DNA of 64,000 bases, from NCBI RefSeq assembly GCF_040938485.1, contig NW_027272339.1:434001-498000 (forward strand), in the 5' to 3' direction. Under the pieces are notes generated by a model. It did no database searches and was not told the DNA's origin. It saw only the letters and a list, made by a program, of their open reading frames with translations. This stretch comes from Diadema antillarum (taxonomy: Eukaryota). Positions 1 through 24,959 of this stretch are shown one piece after another. The stretch's first letter is position 1, and the number at the start of each line of letters is the position of its first letter. A program made the position numbers and the translations under genes.

Positions 1-70
1 AGCATCACGTAAGATTTGAACTCGGGAACCCAAATTCAAGGGTTCAGAGTATAACCCACAGTACTGTAAT
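1..70 (-). mobile_element. Possible tRNA-derived SINE head fragment
   Basis: Minus strand reads ...TGGGTTATACTCTG...CCCGAGTTCAAATC, resembling pol III A-box/B-box spacing; degenerate and cut by the window edge. Confidence 0.25.
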
Positions 71-175
71 GTACGTCACAGCGCCCTCGCAAACCATTTG
101 TTGCGTATTAATCAATTCAAGACATGCTGACTTATTTTACACAGTTTAAGGAAATAATGATGATAATTCATGCAC

Positions 176-335
176 GGGCTGATCCAGGAATCCCGTAAAG
201 AGGGGGTGCTTTTACAAAATTAAAGGGAGGGGAGGGGGCCACGCGTCCCCCTCCAATTTTTCTTTCTATTTCTTTTGTTTTAACAAAAAAATAATAATAA
301 AGTTGGGGCGTACGCCATCTTCTGGATCCACCACA
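176..335. mobile_element. Short MITE-like repeat with GG(C/T)GGATCCAG...CTGGATCC(G/A)CC inverted ends
   Basis: gggctgatccaggaat at the left, ctggatccaccac at the right, G-rich interior; a related copy lies at 7801-7944. Confidence 0.45.
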
Positions 336-414
336 GCTAATATGGTTCGGTTTAGTGGTAGGTGTGCGGGAGAAGACGGGAGGGAGGGGGATACTTTCAT
401 CGGGGTTACATTAC

Positions 415-13625
<13,211 letters not shown>

Positions 13626-16352
13626 GATCAACGATCACGGTGGACAGTTAGATAAGGGAAAACAACAGTTGCCGGGAAGATATCCAGCGATAAATTTGCT
13701 AACACCAACGAAACCGATGAATTCGCAAAATTAGGACATATTCACTCAGTTGAAGATAAATTTCACTGGTGTAGTAATCCGTTAGTCCGGAATGTGCAAC
13801 GGTGTTACGTTCACTCCCAATAATATCATTGGGTGTGTTAACAGGAACTTTACGCGTACGTTCAACACAAGGCGAGCGTAGGAAGCATTCCCGCGCCCAA
13901 TTGATGTCAGAAAAAAAGGAAAATGGCGACCAAGTGTTATGATAAGGAAATGCTCAGGCAAAGGTTGAAAAATTTCATTAATTATTGACACTGTCAGGTC
14001 AGATGTTTAGCCGTCAGTCAGACGTTATGAAACAACTTTGATCGTTCGGATCAATGAGAAGCATTTTCTACAAATCAACTGCCCGTCAAGTCAGATCTAC
14101 ATCCTAAATAACTGATATCTGAAGTCAGAAAGCGTTTGAAAAAAGTTTGCATAATTCACTATTCCAGCCCAACTCTGGCATTTAGTATGAAGTATAATCA
14201 TCTATAAGCCTTGAACAAGACTACCACTTAGTTATGTTCTGGTTTAAACTGAAGAGCGGGTAAACAGAAGGGTTAATGTATAACCAGGCGCTGCGTCGCT
14301 CCTTGGTTAATGATTTACCCCGTTCGCCATATCACAGACATGATTCAACGCGGCGGCAGGTACCACTATTATGACGTCACTCTCACCGGCTGCATGCAAT
14401 GGATGGTCTACTACGGGAATTCAAGGATATCAAAGTTCCACCACTAATGGTCTATGTTTTTCTAGTAATATTATTATAGTGATGAGACGAATGTGCCTGA
14501 TATATTATTAAAGTTTAAGCCCTGTCCTGCTCCGTCAGAACTGCGTACTTTTGCGTGAAGTACTGTTGATGAGCCCCTGTGGATCCGGGCAGGTGACTTG
14601 TAAATTCACTTTTTGGAAAAGAAGAATGGAAATATGATAGTGTTGCAAAGGGTAACGACAATAATGATAACAACAGTGCTAACGATGAGAATGACAACAA
14701 TGATAATTACTCATATCACTATCATCATTATTAGCATCGATGTAAGTATATTGGTGTCATCGTCAATATCATGATCACCACAACAACACCCATTTATTAA
14801 ATTAATCCAGCACTAGATTAAACCGATCCTTCCACTAGCACTAAAATATTCACGCAAAGAAAAAGAAAAAGTGAGTTTTTCTTTTCAGAGCAACCATTAT
14901 CCCGCCCAAGTAATGTATTAGCCAGTCAAGAGAGACACGTACAATGTGTAGCTCTAAAGTATTATAAAGAGAGCTCACTTTTCTTTTCTCAAGCATGATT
15001 GTAAATGACCTTTTCATGCCATGAATGCTTGATGAGATGAAAATAAATTCAGCACATAATATCATGACGAGGCGCAACGTGAGTAGTTATCGAACTTTGC
15101 TCTCGGCGAATAACAAGACTGGAATGTCTGAGCAAACAAACACGCAGTAATCCATTGCAAAACCGTTTCTTTTCGGATGCCAAGTTGGAGACGGATCTTT
15201 ACACCATGGTCTTTACATAAGAAGAATCAAAGAATCATTGTAAAGGTCCTTGCTCTGAAACAGTAAAAAAAAATGTGAATAAGAATCAAGAAATATCTGT
15301 GCGGAATTGCAATGCCAAAGTCAAGAAAGATAGGTAACTCAAATGTAAATCTATATTGAGTGGGAGCAATTAAAAGAGATTCAACGAGAAAGAGGGGGAA
15401 AATGGGGAGATATCACCGTGACTTTGGTTGATTTTCATATTTTGTACATCTTAGATATATCGATGGTATCCTTGCAGTGGGTCAATGTACAATTTGTGGA
15501 AGCAGTGGCATGGAACTACAAAGAAAGGTCACAATTATGAATACACCAGAAAACAGATTAAAAGGGAGTCACAAAAAGCACCCGGTTTTCATGGTCTAAC
15601 AATCTTCAACCATGTCACCTTGCGAACTGCTGATGGCTTTGTTGGTCACGTGACAAAGGTGTTGCTCGTCTGGCGCCCTCATTGCCACATCTATTTCTTT
15701 TGTCTTCTTTCTTTCTTCCATTCATTCATTTATTCATTCATTCATTAATCCTTTGTTGTTTTATTGAATTTCTTTACTCCTTTCATTCTTTCTTTGTTTC
15801 TTGCCAACGTTGGCTTGTTTGTCGGAATATCTGTAATTTTGTGCAAAGGGTAAGAAATTAATTACAAAGAAATTTTCAGGAAAGGTCAGCTATGGACGAA
15901 TATGCAAATGTCTGATATTTCGGTGGTGATCCTGCTCATCGCCTAGATCGAGGATTGTTTGGTTAAAGGGATGGTGCAGTATTGGTGGAGATGAAAATTG
16001 GGCTGTTAGATTTTTGCGAGATACCAAGAAAACATTTATGATATAGTACAGAGCATACCATTCTAAGAGAAATTTAAAGTTTGTTTGATGAAAATCGGGT
16101 TTGGAATGACTGAAACATCCAAAAACAAAGTAAAACAAAGCAATCGTAATAAAGTGTGGGTCCCACACTTTATTAGAATTGCTCTTTTTTGGATATCTCA
16201 GCCGTTTCAAAACCAATTTTCATCAAATAAACGTTGAATTCCTCATAGAATTACATGCTCTTTCATATTTCATAAGAGGTTTCTCATTATCTCACCAAAA
16301 AATGTTAGAAACCTGAAAATAGGTCTCAGCCAAAACTATACGATCCCTTTAA

Positions 16353-16434
16353 CCCTCTGTGTGACACAACAATTCAATGTTCATAGGTTTGTAAGCAAAA
16401 TTGGTGCAAATTTGATTCACTGGCACAGAAGGGG
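16353..16434. mobile_element. Miniature piggyBac-like element (TTAA-CCC...GGG-TTAA)
   Basis: TTAA at 16349-16352 and 16435-16438 flank CCCTCTGTGTG...GGCACAGAAGGGG inverted ends. Confidence 0.45.
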
Positions 16435-16690
16435 TTAATATTTGTATATGATTCTTCATCGACTCTCTGTTAAGATAAGTAGGGCAACCTAACATCAAGT
16501 TACATTTACACCAACTAACTGGTGCCAAATAATTGCAATTTTTTTTTGTACATGGCAATGCAGAATGGTATCAAAATAATAGTATTAAATAACAATGACT
16601 AAATAAATCCAACTTCGTATTTATATATATATAAATTCGGATTTTTAATTAAAATCAAGATTGGCATTTAATGCATTCCTTTGTTGTGAC

Positions 16691-16737
<47 letters not shown>

Positions 16738-17094
16738 GGAAGGAATGAAGAAAGTGTGAAAATACATATTCCTTGGTGTTACTCCTGCACTGTATGAAAT
16801 ATGTTTCTTTGGCTACAGAAAGCAAGCTTGGAATAAGTGAGTAACGTTTTGAGGACAAAACAAGCAAGAAAGTGCACTGACTTCTTGCAAGCTCTCAGCC
16901 AGTAACATACAAAATGCATTTCTGTACGTCTTGAAAAAAAAATGTAATGACGAAGTTGGATTTATTTAGAATATGCTGTATTCTCGAAAATTTATGTGCA
17001 GAAATAAACTGTTGGTGAATACAGCATGAACTTTGTTCCAGTTTTGTTTTTTATCTTATTATCACGCCAACACGTGGACAACCTACTCAATATG

Positions 17095-17131
<37 letters not shown>

Positions 17132-17134
<3 letters not shown>

Positions 17135-18381
17135 GACGAACTCGCCTTCTCGTCGTGAATTAAGAGAGTGTATTTGACTGTCTATACAAATGCCTCCGCG
17201 AGCCGTGTCAGGATGGCCGCGTAGGCGGGGTTCGTTTTGTTGCAGTTTACAACGATCCCTTTAAATTATTAAAACTACTAGTCTGTATGCTACCATGTAT
17301 TATATTGTGTCAGAAGCAGCTCACCAACACAAGCGGCACACATACCAAGTTCAGCATCACTTATGATATGTCACTCCCAAGCGTCACTTGTAGAGAATGT
17401 TAAATTGGTACACTTATTTTGTAACCAACTTTTGCTACCAACTCTTGCTACCAAGTTCTGCTGACGTTGTCTTGCTACCAAGTTTTGTTACCAACTCATG
17501 CTACCAACTCAGTCACGCTAACGTGGAACACCTTTCACAACCATATGGTGGCACAGGTATCGTTGATGGCACGGGGTAAAAGTGCTGTATCGCACCGTTA
17601 CCAACTTCCTCAGGCGACGACTGGAACTTGGATTGGGCACGGACTATGCGACAAGTCACATACCCGAAATCCAATGACGACGACTGGAACTTGGATTGGG
17701 CACGGACTATGCGACAAGTCACATTACCAATATACCCGAAATCCAACGGCTTGCTAGTTGGTCTTCTCAGGAACGGTGGTGCTCCAGCTCAAGACATGTA
17801 CCACCACTCTGCACACCGCTGCTTGGTGATAGAACTCTCAAGAAGACACAATAGAGTCGTCAGTTCAGGAACACATGTACAGTTTATTACACATAGTAGT
17901 GAATATTAACAACACATTGGAAATGTATCATACACGGGCTACTTGTTGCGGACTATGTCACACAACGGCCAATTTATATACTTCCCCTCCTATCGCGGAG
18001 TGAAGAGGCAATCCCGCACGGCCGTAAGCGCCGCGGAAAATACCTGCAGTAGTCGTTCAAATTATTTGAAATGTTGGCGTGGTTACAAAATTCGTACAAT
18101 GACTATACGTTTTAACAGTATCTCTTGTACATGGTTACTACAATTCGGCATGTATCATCGGTCTAAACCGGAGTTGGTATTAAATAACCCAAACTTGCCC
18201 ATGACAAACAAGTAACCACATATTTAATAATAAATGTTAAAGTCATAATGATGCACTACCACCTTGAAACGTTTGTCCAACGTTTCGATATTGCGCCCCT
18301 TTCTATGTTATAGATACTATCGATCATAACAAATACTAATCGAACAGTTAAATCGAATCGGTTCCACCGAATTTCGTTACA
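17132..18381 (-). repeat. 3' LTR (1250 bp)
   Basis: TGTAACGAAATT...TTCGTCACA on the minus strand. Differs from the other LTR by roughly 8-10 substitutions and one 9-bp indel (by eye). Contains a ~55-64-bp internal tandem duplication and short (g/t)taccaa repeats. Confidence 0.95.
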
Positions 18382-18395
18382 TGGCTTCCCTCCCC
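18382..18395 (-). promoter_or_regulatory. Polypurine tract (PPT)
   Basis: GGGGAGGGAAGCCA immediately 5' of the 3' LTR on the minus strand. Confidence 0.8.
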
Positions 18396-18678
18396 ATGCA
18401 GGCTTCGTCCCTGGAGCCGAACACATGAAGAAAGAAAAAGTGACAAAAACAAAATTCACTTACTACTAAACGTATTGTGCACTTATTTTGTCACAAAACT
18501 CTTACAGTTCATAACAACGTTATGAGACAACTACAGTCTTTAGTTCACATCTGTCTAACTTTCATAGACTATTGTTCGTTGCAAACTCATCTTTCAAGAG
18601 TTCAACAGTCTCTTCGTTTGATTTCCTGACCTGGCTGCTCCCTTGCCGCAGACAGGTCGACACGAGGGATGTCACATT

Positions 18679-20847
18679 TCACCCTGGCATGGTTTGCCAG
18701 GATGAATCCAATGTACGACGAGAGGAACGGGCGTGCCTCAAAGAAGAGCGGCTCCTCGATCGGGGTAGATAATCAGGTGGTCTTCCCGGTGACCGAGAAT
18801 AGCGTGCAGGGGAGGAAGAGTCGTCACACACTCGTACTGGTGCTGCTCTGCTGACGTTGACACGCTGGTGAAGTGTAGCCCTTCTTCCCAGCTCTGCTCG
18901 GCCTGTAGAGAATACCTCTGAGTCGTCTCTCAGAAGCTGGCATGCCGATGAATTACTTTCTGGGGGAGTCTCTGTCAAACTGCATTGACAGAAGTCATCC
19001 AGATGTGGCGGCACACAATTCTGAGATACGTCTTCGTCGTGAGGCGTGGTCTCCATGTCGTCCTCAGCAAGGCTGGTAAGGTTGGCTACCTCTGTTCCTT
19101 TTACCAACATCGGTGTTGTCGTTGCTGCACATTTCTGTCTCTCATTGTTTATACATGGGAGAGATACCCATGGAGTATGCAGCTGCATGTTCTCGAAATC
19201 TAGCGTGGTTTCCAGACCAATCAGGAGATCCAGACCAAGGATACCCTCAGCTCTTATGTCAGCTACTACCAAGTCAACATGGCACAAGCAGGAGCCAAGC
19301 TGAAGTTCCATGGTTGCATGTCCCTTTGTTTTCAGCCGAGATCCATCTGCTTGACGAACGATGCTTGTCACTGGTTCAAGTGGTGGCTTTCGCTCGGGTC
19401 TCATTCGCAGGTACATTCCTTCTGAGACGTATGACTGCGATGCACCATTGTCTACCAGAAACATCACCTCTTGCCCATTCACGTTCAAATTCACGTACAG
19501 TCCTTTCTGGAACGTGGATGACAGAAGTGAAGTTCCGGAACTAGGTAGTGGCGGTTCAGATGTATCTGGTTCAGATGCTTTTCTGGCTGGTGTGCACCCG
19601 TCGTCTGGAGGATTCATACCCTCCTTGGATGTGTCCTCCTTGTTATCAGAAGGCTGACTGTCCTCCTTCTGTTCGCTTTTAGGGAGTGTCTCAGTCTTTA
19701 ATGCCAAGTCGTTTCTCGGCACTGGCGCTGGTTGCTCCTTCTCCCTCTTCTTTATTAGATCGCTGACTGCTTCGATCATGAGAGTGGTGTTATTTTCACA
19801 CACCCTTATGGGTTTGTCAGCAGTGTCTTCATCCGTCACAGCCACTATGTTATCTTCCTTCTGTGACAGCAAGACTCCGTTATACTGCCGACGGTCGCTC
19901 TCCATCCGCAGGAAGGCTTCTGTGTTGAGAGCAGCTTGGATTGCCTCGTCGAGCGTACGAGGCTGAGCCCGGAAGAGGCCGATTCGAATATCCCGGTCAA
20001 CTATAGCATCGAGAAAGTGACCTCGAGCCCATTTATCTTGGCCCGCTTCCTTGAATTCAGGATATGCCATGGATGTAAGCTCGCGAATGCTCTGTCCTAG
20101 CTCCTGCAAACTTTCCTTCGGTCTGCGTCGTCTGGTACGTAGTTCTGCCAGGAATACTTCTGAATGCGAAACAGGTCCAAAGCGGTGCTTCAGACGGTTC
20201 ACGAGTTCTTGGTACGTCAACTGACGTCCCGTCTGCTGTGCTAGTACTTTGACAGCAGCTCCTTTCAAGCTGGCAGCCAAATATTGAAGAGCTTCCACTT
20301 CCGTCCAGCGGTTAACTCCAGCGCAAGCTTCGAAATGGCAAAGATAGTCCAGCACAGGTCCTTTGCCATCATATCTATCTGGTATGACAGCCGGTTTGCT
20401 GGTTCCGTTGCCCTGAACATCATAATGACGTATCTGGTCCCAGAGCTCTGTTCGACGTCGCTGGTTCGGGGCAAAATGGTGTGGCATTACATCTGGTTGT
20501 CCTCCAAATGTAACAGGCTGGTCACTTGTACGAGATGAATGCGACTGCTGCATTGGAGCTTGATGCTGCTGAGGTAGTAGCTTTGCCGATGGCGGAGCTG
20601 ACAACTCCACCTCTCCATTTGCATCTCCAAACAGCTGAGGTGACACCACTGGTGGGGGTGGCAGTGACGACTGGTTAGGGCGCCCTCCAAGTGTCATCGG
20701 TGAGCAGCGTAAGTTAGAAACCGAAGTTGGTGCTACTCCAGTTTGTTCGCGCACCGACTCTGACACCTGAGCAATCAAGTCGTCGATTTCGCTAATCTTG
20801 CTCTCCAGCAAAAGTGACAACTCCAACAATGGCGTTTCGCGTGCCAT
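18679..20847 (-). CDS. Gypsy Gag plus aspartic protease (722 aa); RT/RNase H/integrase deleted
   Basis: Gag capsid-like block PDRYDGKGPVLDYLCHFEACAGVNRW...LAASLKGAA...FLAELRTRRR...LQELGQSIREL; protease FLVDNGAS...ILGLDLL; the pre-RT linker EVFSTGRAELGR is present and the ORF then ends with no YxDD, RNase H or DDE motifs. Confidence 0.9.
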   Translation of the reverse strand: MARETPLLELSLLLESKISEIDDLIAQVSESVREQTGVAPTSVSNLRCSPMTLGGRPNQSSLPPPPVVSPQLFGDANGEVELSAPPSAKLLPQQHQAPMQQSHSSRTSDQPVTFGGQPDVMPHHFAPNQRRRTELWDQIRHYDVQGNGTSKPAVIPDRYDGKGPVLDYLCHFEACAGVNRWTEVEALQYLAASLKGAAVKVLAQQTGRQLTYQELVNRLKHRFGPVSHSEVFLAELRTRRRRPKESLQELGQSIRELTSMAYPEFKEAGQDKWARGHFLDAIVDRDIRIGLFRAQPRTLDEAIQAALNTEAFLRMESDRRQYNGVLLSQKEDNIVAVTDEDTADKPIRVCENNTTLMIEAVSDLIKKREKEQPAPVPRNDLALKTETLPKSEQKEDSQPSDNKEDTSKEGMNPPDDGCTPARKASEPDTSEPPLPSSGTSLLSSTFQKGLYVNLNVNGQEVMFLVDNGASQSYVSEGMYLRMRPERKPPLEPVTSIVRQADGSRLKTKGHATMELQLGSCLCHVDLVVADIRAEGILGLDLLIGLETTLDFENMQLHTPWVSLPCINNERQKCAATTTPMLVKGTEVANLTSLAEDDMETTPHDEDVSQNCVPPHLDDFCQCSLTETPPESNSSACQLLRDDSEVFSTGRAELGRRATLHQRVNVSRAAPVRVCDDSSSPARYSRSPGRPPDYLPRSRSRSSLRHARSSRRTLDSSWQTMPG

Positions 20848-20897
20848 AGTGAAAACACAGTTAACTACATTTATTCATACAAAAGTTACAAATAGGG

Positions 20898-20915
20898 ATC
20901 CCACTCCTAACACCA
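20898..20915 (-). promoter_or_regulatory. Primer-binding site complementary to the tRNA-Leu 3' end
   Basis: TGGTGTTAGGAGTGGGAT, 2 nt after the 5' LTR. Matches the reverse complement of the conserved metazoan tRNA-Leu(CAG) 3' end ATCCCACTCCTGACACCA with one G-U wobble (tRNA sequence from memory). Confidence 0.85.
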
Positions 20916-20917
20916 TG

Positions 20918-22173
20918 TGTGACGAACTCGCCTTCTCGTCGTGAATTAAGAGAGTGTATTTGACTGTCTATACAAATGCCTCCGCGAGCCGTGTCAGGAT
21001 GGCCGCGTAGGCGGGGTTCGTTTTGTTGCAGTTTACAACGATCCCTTTAAATTATTAAAACTACTAGTCTGTATGCTACCATGTATTATATTGTGTCAGA
21101 AGCAGCTCACCAACACAAGCGGCACACATACCAAGTTCAGCATCACTTATGATATGTCACTCCCAAGCGTCACTTGTAGAGAATGTTAAATTGGTACACT
21201 TATTTTGTAACCAACTTTTGCTACCAACTCTTGCTACCAAGTTCTGCTGACGTTGTCTTGCTACCAAGTTTTGTTACCAACTCATGCTACCAACTCAGTC
21301 ACGCTAACGTGGAACACCTTTCACAACCATATGGTGGCACAGGTATCGTTGATGGCACGGGGTAAAAGTGCTGTATCGCACCGTTACCAACTTCCTCAGG
21401 CGACGACTGGAACTTGGATTGGGCACGGACTATGCGACAAGTCACATTACCATTATACTCGAAATCCAATGACGACGACTGGAACTTGGATTGGGCACGG
21501 ACTATGCGACAAGTCACATTACCAATATACCCGAAATCCAACGGCTTGCTAGTTGGTCTTCTCAGGATCGGTGGTGCTCCAGCTCAAGACATGTACCACC
21601 ACTCTGCACACCGCTGCTTGGTGATAGAACTCTCAAGAAGACACAATAGAGTCGTCAGTTCAGGAACACATGTACAGTTTATTACACATAGTAGTGAACA
21701 TTAACAATACATTGGAAATGTATCATACACGGGCTACTTGTTGCGGACTATGTCACACAACGGCCAATTTATATGCCTCCCCTCCTATCGCGGAGTGAAG
21801 AGGCAATCCCGCACGGCCGTAAGCGCCGCGGAAAATACCTGCAGTAGTCGTTCAAATTATTTGAAATGTTGACGTGGTTACAAAAGTCGTACAATGACTA
21901 TACGTTTTAACAGTATCTCTTGTACATGGTTACTACAATTCGGCATGTATCATCGGTCTAAACCGGAGTTGGTATTAAATAACCCAAACTTGCCCATGAC
22001 AAACAAGTAACCACATATTTAATAATAAATGTTAAAGTCATAATGATGCACTACCACCTTGAAACGTTTGTCCAACGTTTCGATATTGCGCCCCTTTCTA
22101 TGTTATAGATACTATCGATCATAACAAATACTAATCGAACAGTTAAATCGAATCGGTTCCACCGAATTTCGTT

Positions 22174-22176
<3 letters not shown>
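20918..22176 (-). repeat. 5' LTR (1259 bp)
   Basis: Direct repeat of 17132-18381; adjacent to the PBS. Confidence 0.95.
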
Positions 22177-22216
<40 letters not shown>

Positions 22217-22618
22217 CAAGTATATATATACATATATATTTGCAAATATGTATAATCATGTTTTACTCACTTATTTGATTGTCTATTTATTGATTGATTT
22301 TTCATTTGTGTACACACATTGTTTGAGTGTATAAATATAAAAATAAATAACATGTACATAGATGTTATGAAATTCTAACGCTTTAAATGGTAAGATATAG
22401 TCCTCTGTGTCTTAATTTTGCCCTTTATTCGACCCTTTTATAATTTCGAAACAGCCCTTTGTGGACCAAAGATAACCTCTTCTTTTTGAAAAGGGCAAAA
22501 GTACAGATACAACGTACTGCAACTTCGAGTATAGATAAAGTACTCTTGAAATGAGTGTAAGAAGTGATGTGCTGACATCGCAGGAGCTTATATTCTCTTG
22601 AAGGAAGAAGGTGTAAAG

Positions 22619-24500
22619 ATGGCGTCTGACCCAACTCCCGTTCGTCTCATCGTCTGGTGTCTGCCGAGGACGATCTCCACGGCGATCGTCAAATGTCTTA
22701 GCGCCATCGAGGGACTCGAAGTGTGGTTCGAGCCGCTCTGTTACAGCGCATTGGCGGCACGCACGTATGAGTTCGCCTGCGGTCGGGAGGCGCCACTGGT
22801 CTACGAAGGTAACGAGGAAGCGATCGCTTCGGCTGCGGCGATTCTGTCCAGCATGATTGGCTCCAAGATCGACGCAGATCGTATTGCGTATGTCTATCGA
22901 AGTTTTGTTGTTTTTCTTCCCAAAAGCATACATTTATTACACTGTAGATATAAAGTTCGCATACATGTGATCTCATGAGTTGCCAAAAAATCATGCGATA
23001 GACATGATATGTTTCTTTTGGCCCTATAATAGACAGCGTATTTACTCGATTATTATTCTTTTATGACACTATGCTACCGTTTTTTTTTAACACTTGCATA
23101 ATAGTATAGATTGACTATATTTTTTTTTATTGTTCAAGCACACAACACACACACACAAATAGAAATTATTTTATCTGATCACTATGATACAGAAATTTGT
23201 TTTTGTTAGGACAGTTACGTAATAGTACATTGAATGAGAAGTTTTGTAATCTTTTTGGAATAATCATATCTGCTCAGCAAAGTTAATGCACTTTAGCATG
23301 CGCGCACAAATACGTTGTTTTTTGTTTTTCCTACAAACATACACCGCATCATCCAGTCCAGTTTATAAAGCTGTCTTTTTTAGTACTCGAGAGCTAACTT
23401 CATGATAAAGTGTGCAAACAAGCCCCTTTTACTGCATGTTAAATTTTGTAGTTACCTCAGTAATAACTGAATGATTAATTGACGGCTGATTGGTTAGTCT
23501 ATATAGCTAACAACATGCAAACTGCAATAATTACATACATGCGTTTGCGATTGGTCTACACAAATTTACACAATTGGACTCTGTAAAGCAGTATTCAGAA
23601 TTTCTTCCTACTTTGATCCTACAATGATTGAACATTGTAGTGCGAAAGTAATTTCCATGTGAGTATGACTTTAATCGCTTTTCATAGCTATAGTCAAAGA
23701 GATGTACCGAAGTATTGTATATGAACCCGCAAGGGACGGGCGGGCGCAAAGCCGATATCAGCGAATGACTTCAATAATATGAATCTCTTACCTTCATTTG
23801 AATTAAAGAAGGCTCATTCTAATTGCATATGATTTTTTCTTCATGCTCTCTGTCCTTCTTCAGATATTCAACTGTAAAGAAAGATTTAGAATCGGCCGGT
23901 GGGAAGTATGTCTTGGTGAAAGATATGGCGTTTGCAGTGCGGGATGATTCAACTCGCGCCTTTATCCCAGCCGGCTTCAGGCACGTGTTTCTTGTCCGTC
24001 ACCCGGTGAGGGCGTATTCGTCTTATCGCAAAGCTTATTTGAAGATAACCAATCTTCTCAGGGATGTAGGAGAAGAAACATCTTTCGACTTGGAGGTCGA
24101 CGATGTAGCCCTCCCGTCGAAGACGTTTTACGAGGACTTATATTCTCTGTGGAAATACGTGCGCGAGTCCGGCCTCGATCCGGACCCGATTGTTCTCGAC
24201 GCCGACGATCTGTTGGCGAAACCTTCCGAAGTGTTGTCGAAGTTTTGCCGACAGGTTGGGCTCCCCTACTCGGATTCCTTGCTTCAGTGGGATTCGTCAA
24301 CAGCCGTAGCCGACTCATGGAAGGCACCCGGGGAGGCGGTGACGAAAGATTTGGTCACCATGTACGAAACTGCCATGAAGAGTAGCTGTTTCATGCCCCT
24401 CACAGAGCCCATCCCGCGAGGCCAGCTACCCAACGACGTGGCACGACTTTCTGACGCGTCGATGAAGTTCTACGAAAAGCTTCTGAAGAGTAAACTGTAA
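22619..24500 (+). CDS. P-loop sulfotransferase-like protein, paralogue 1 (301 aa; two coding exons 22619-22887 and 23864-24500)
   Basis: GT-AG intron in phase 2 (ATT GC|gtatgt...cttcag|A TAT). Motifs LIVWCLPRTISTA (5'-PSB-like loop), VLVKDMA, HVFLVRHP..AYSSY (3'-PB-like), VLDADDLL..P..VL..FC, and LQWD match the bacterial/fungal/plant 'WSxPRxxSTA' sulfotransferase-like family (Pfam Sulfotransfer_5-like, from memory). Confidence 0.85.
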
Positions 24501-24959
24501 CTTAACAACACAATCTGTAAAGATGGTGTTATCTTTCTTTCTGAGCTGTAATATTTGATGATAGAACGTCTACTAAAAACTGTTCACAAATTCGCGACTC
24601 CTGTTAGATATGATAGATTTGCATGAGGGGACTGCATTCTACAAGCTCTGCTTTTTAGAAGTCCCCTCAATTTCCAGCAATATTGTTTATGCATTTACCA
24701 CAGTGACGTAACACTTATTTTTTTGTATCTCTGTTGGCAAGTTACCTGTATCTCTTTTACGATGTTATTCTATTCATCGCATTGTGGTACTGATTTCCTG
24801 ACATCTGTGTACACGAGTGTTTCATTATATTTCTAATTATTTGTGTGTTGGAAATGAAATAAATCAACTTGAAACTTGAGATATGAGAATAATTAGACAT
24901 GAAAGTTGTTTTGTTTACAACTTGAATTTGTGCTAATGCTGACAACAACACTGATGTCT

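Larger units (their letters stand above)
17132..22176 (-). mobile_element. Ty3/gypsy-type LTR retrotransposon, non-autonomous (gag-protease only), inserted in a (TA)n microsatellite
   Basis: Two ~1.25-kb direct repeats with TG...CA ends, PBS, PPT, gag-PR ORF, and ATAT on both flanks (compatible with a 4-bp TSD but ambiguous inside the TA array). Confidence 0.95.

Noticed and set aside
17397-17909. Small ORFs duplicated in both LTRs (60-99 aa)
   Set aside because: They arise from short tandem repeats in U3/R; no recognisable domain; identical copies only reflect LTR identity.
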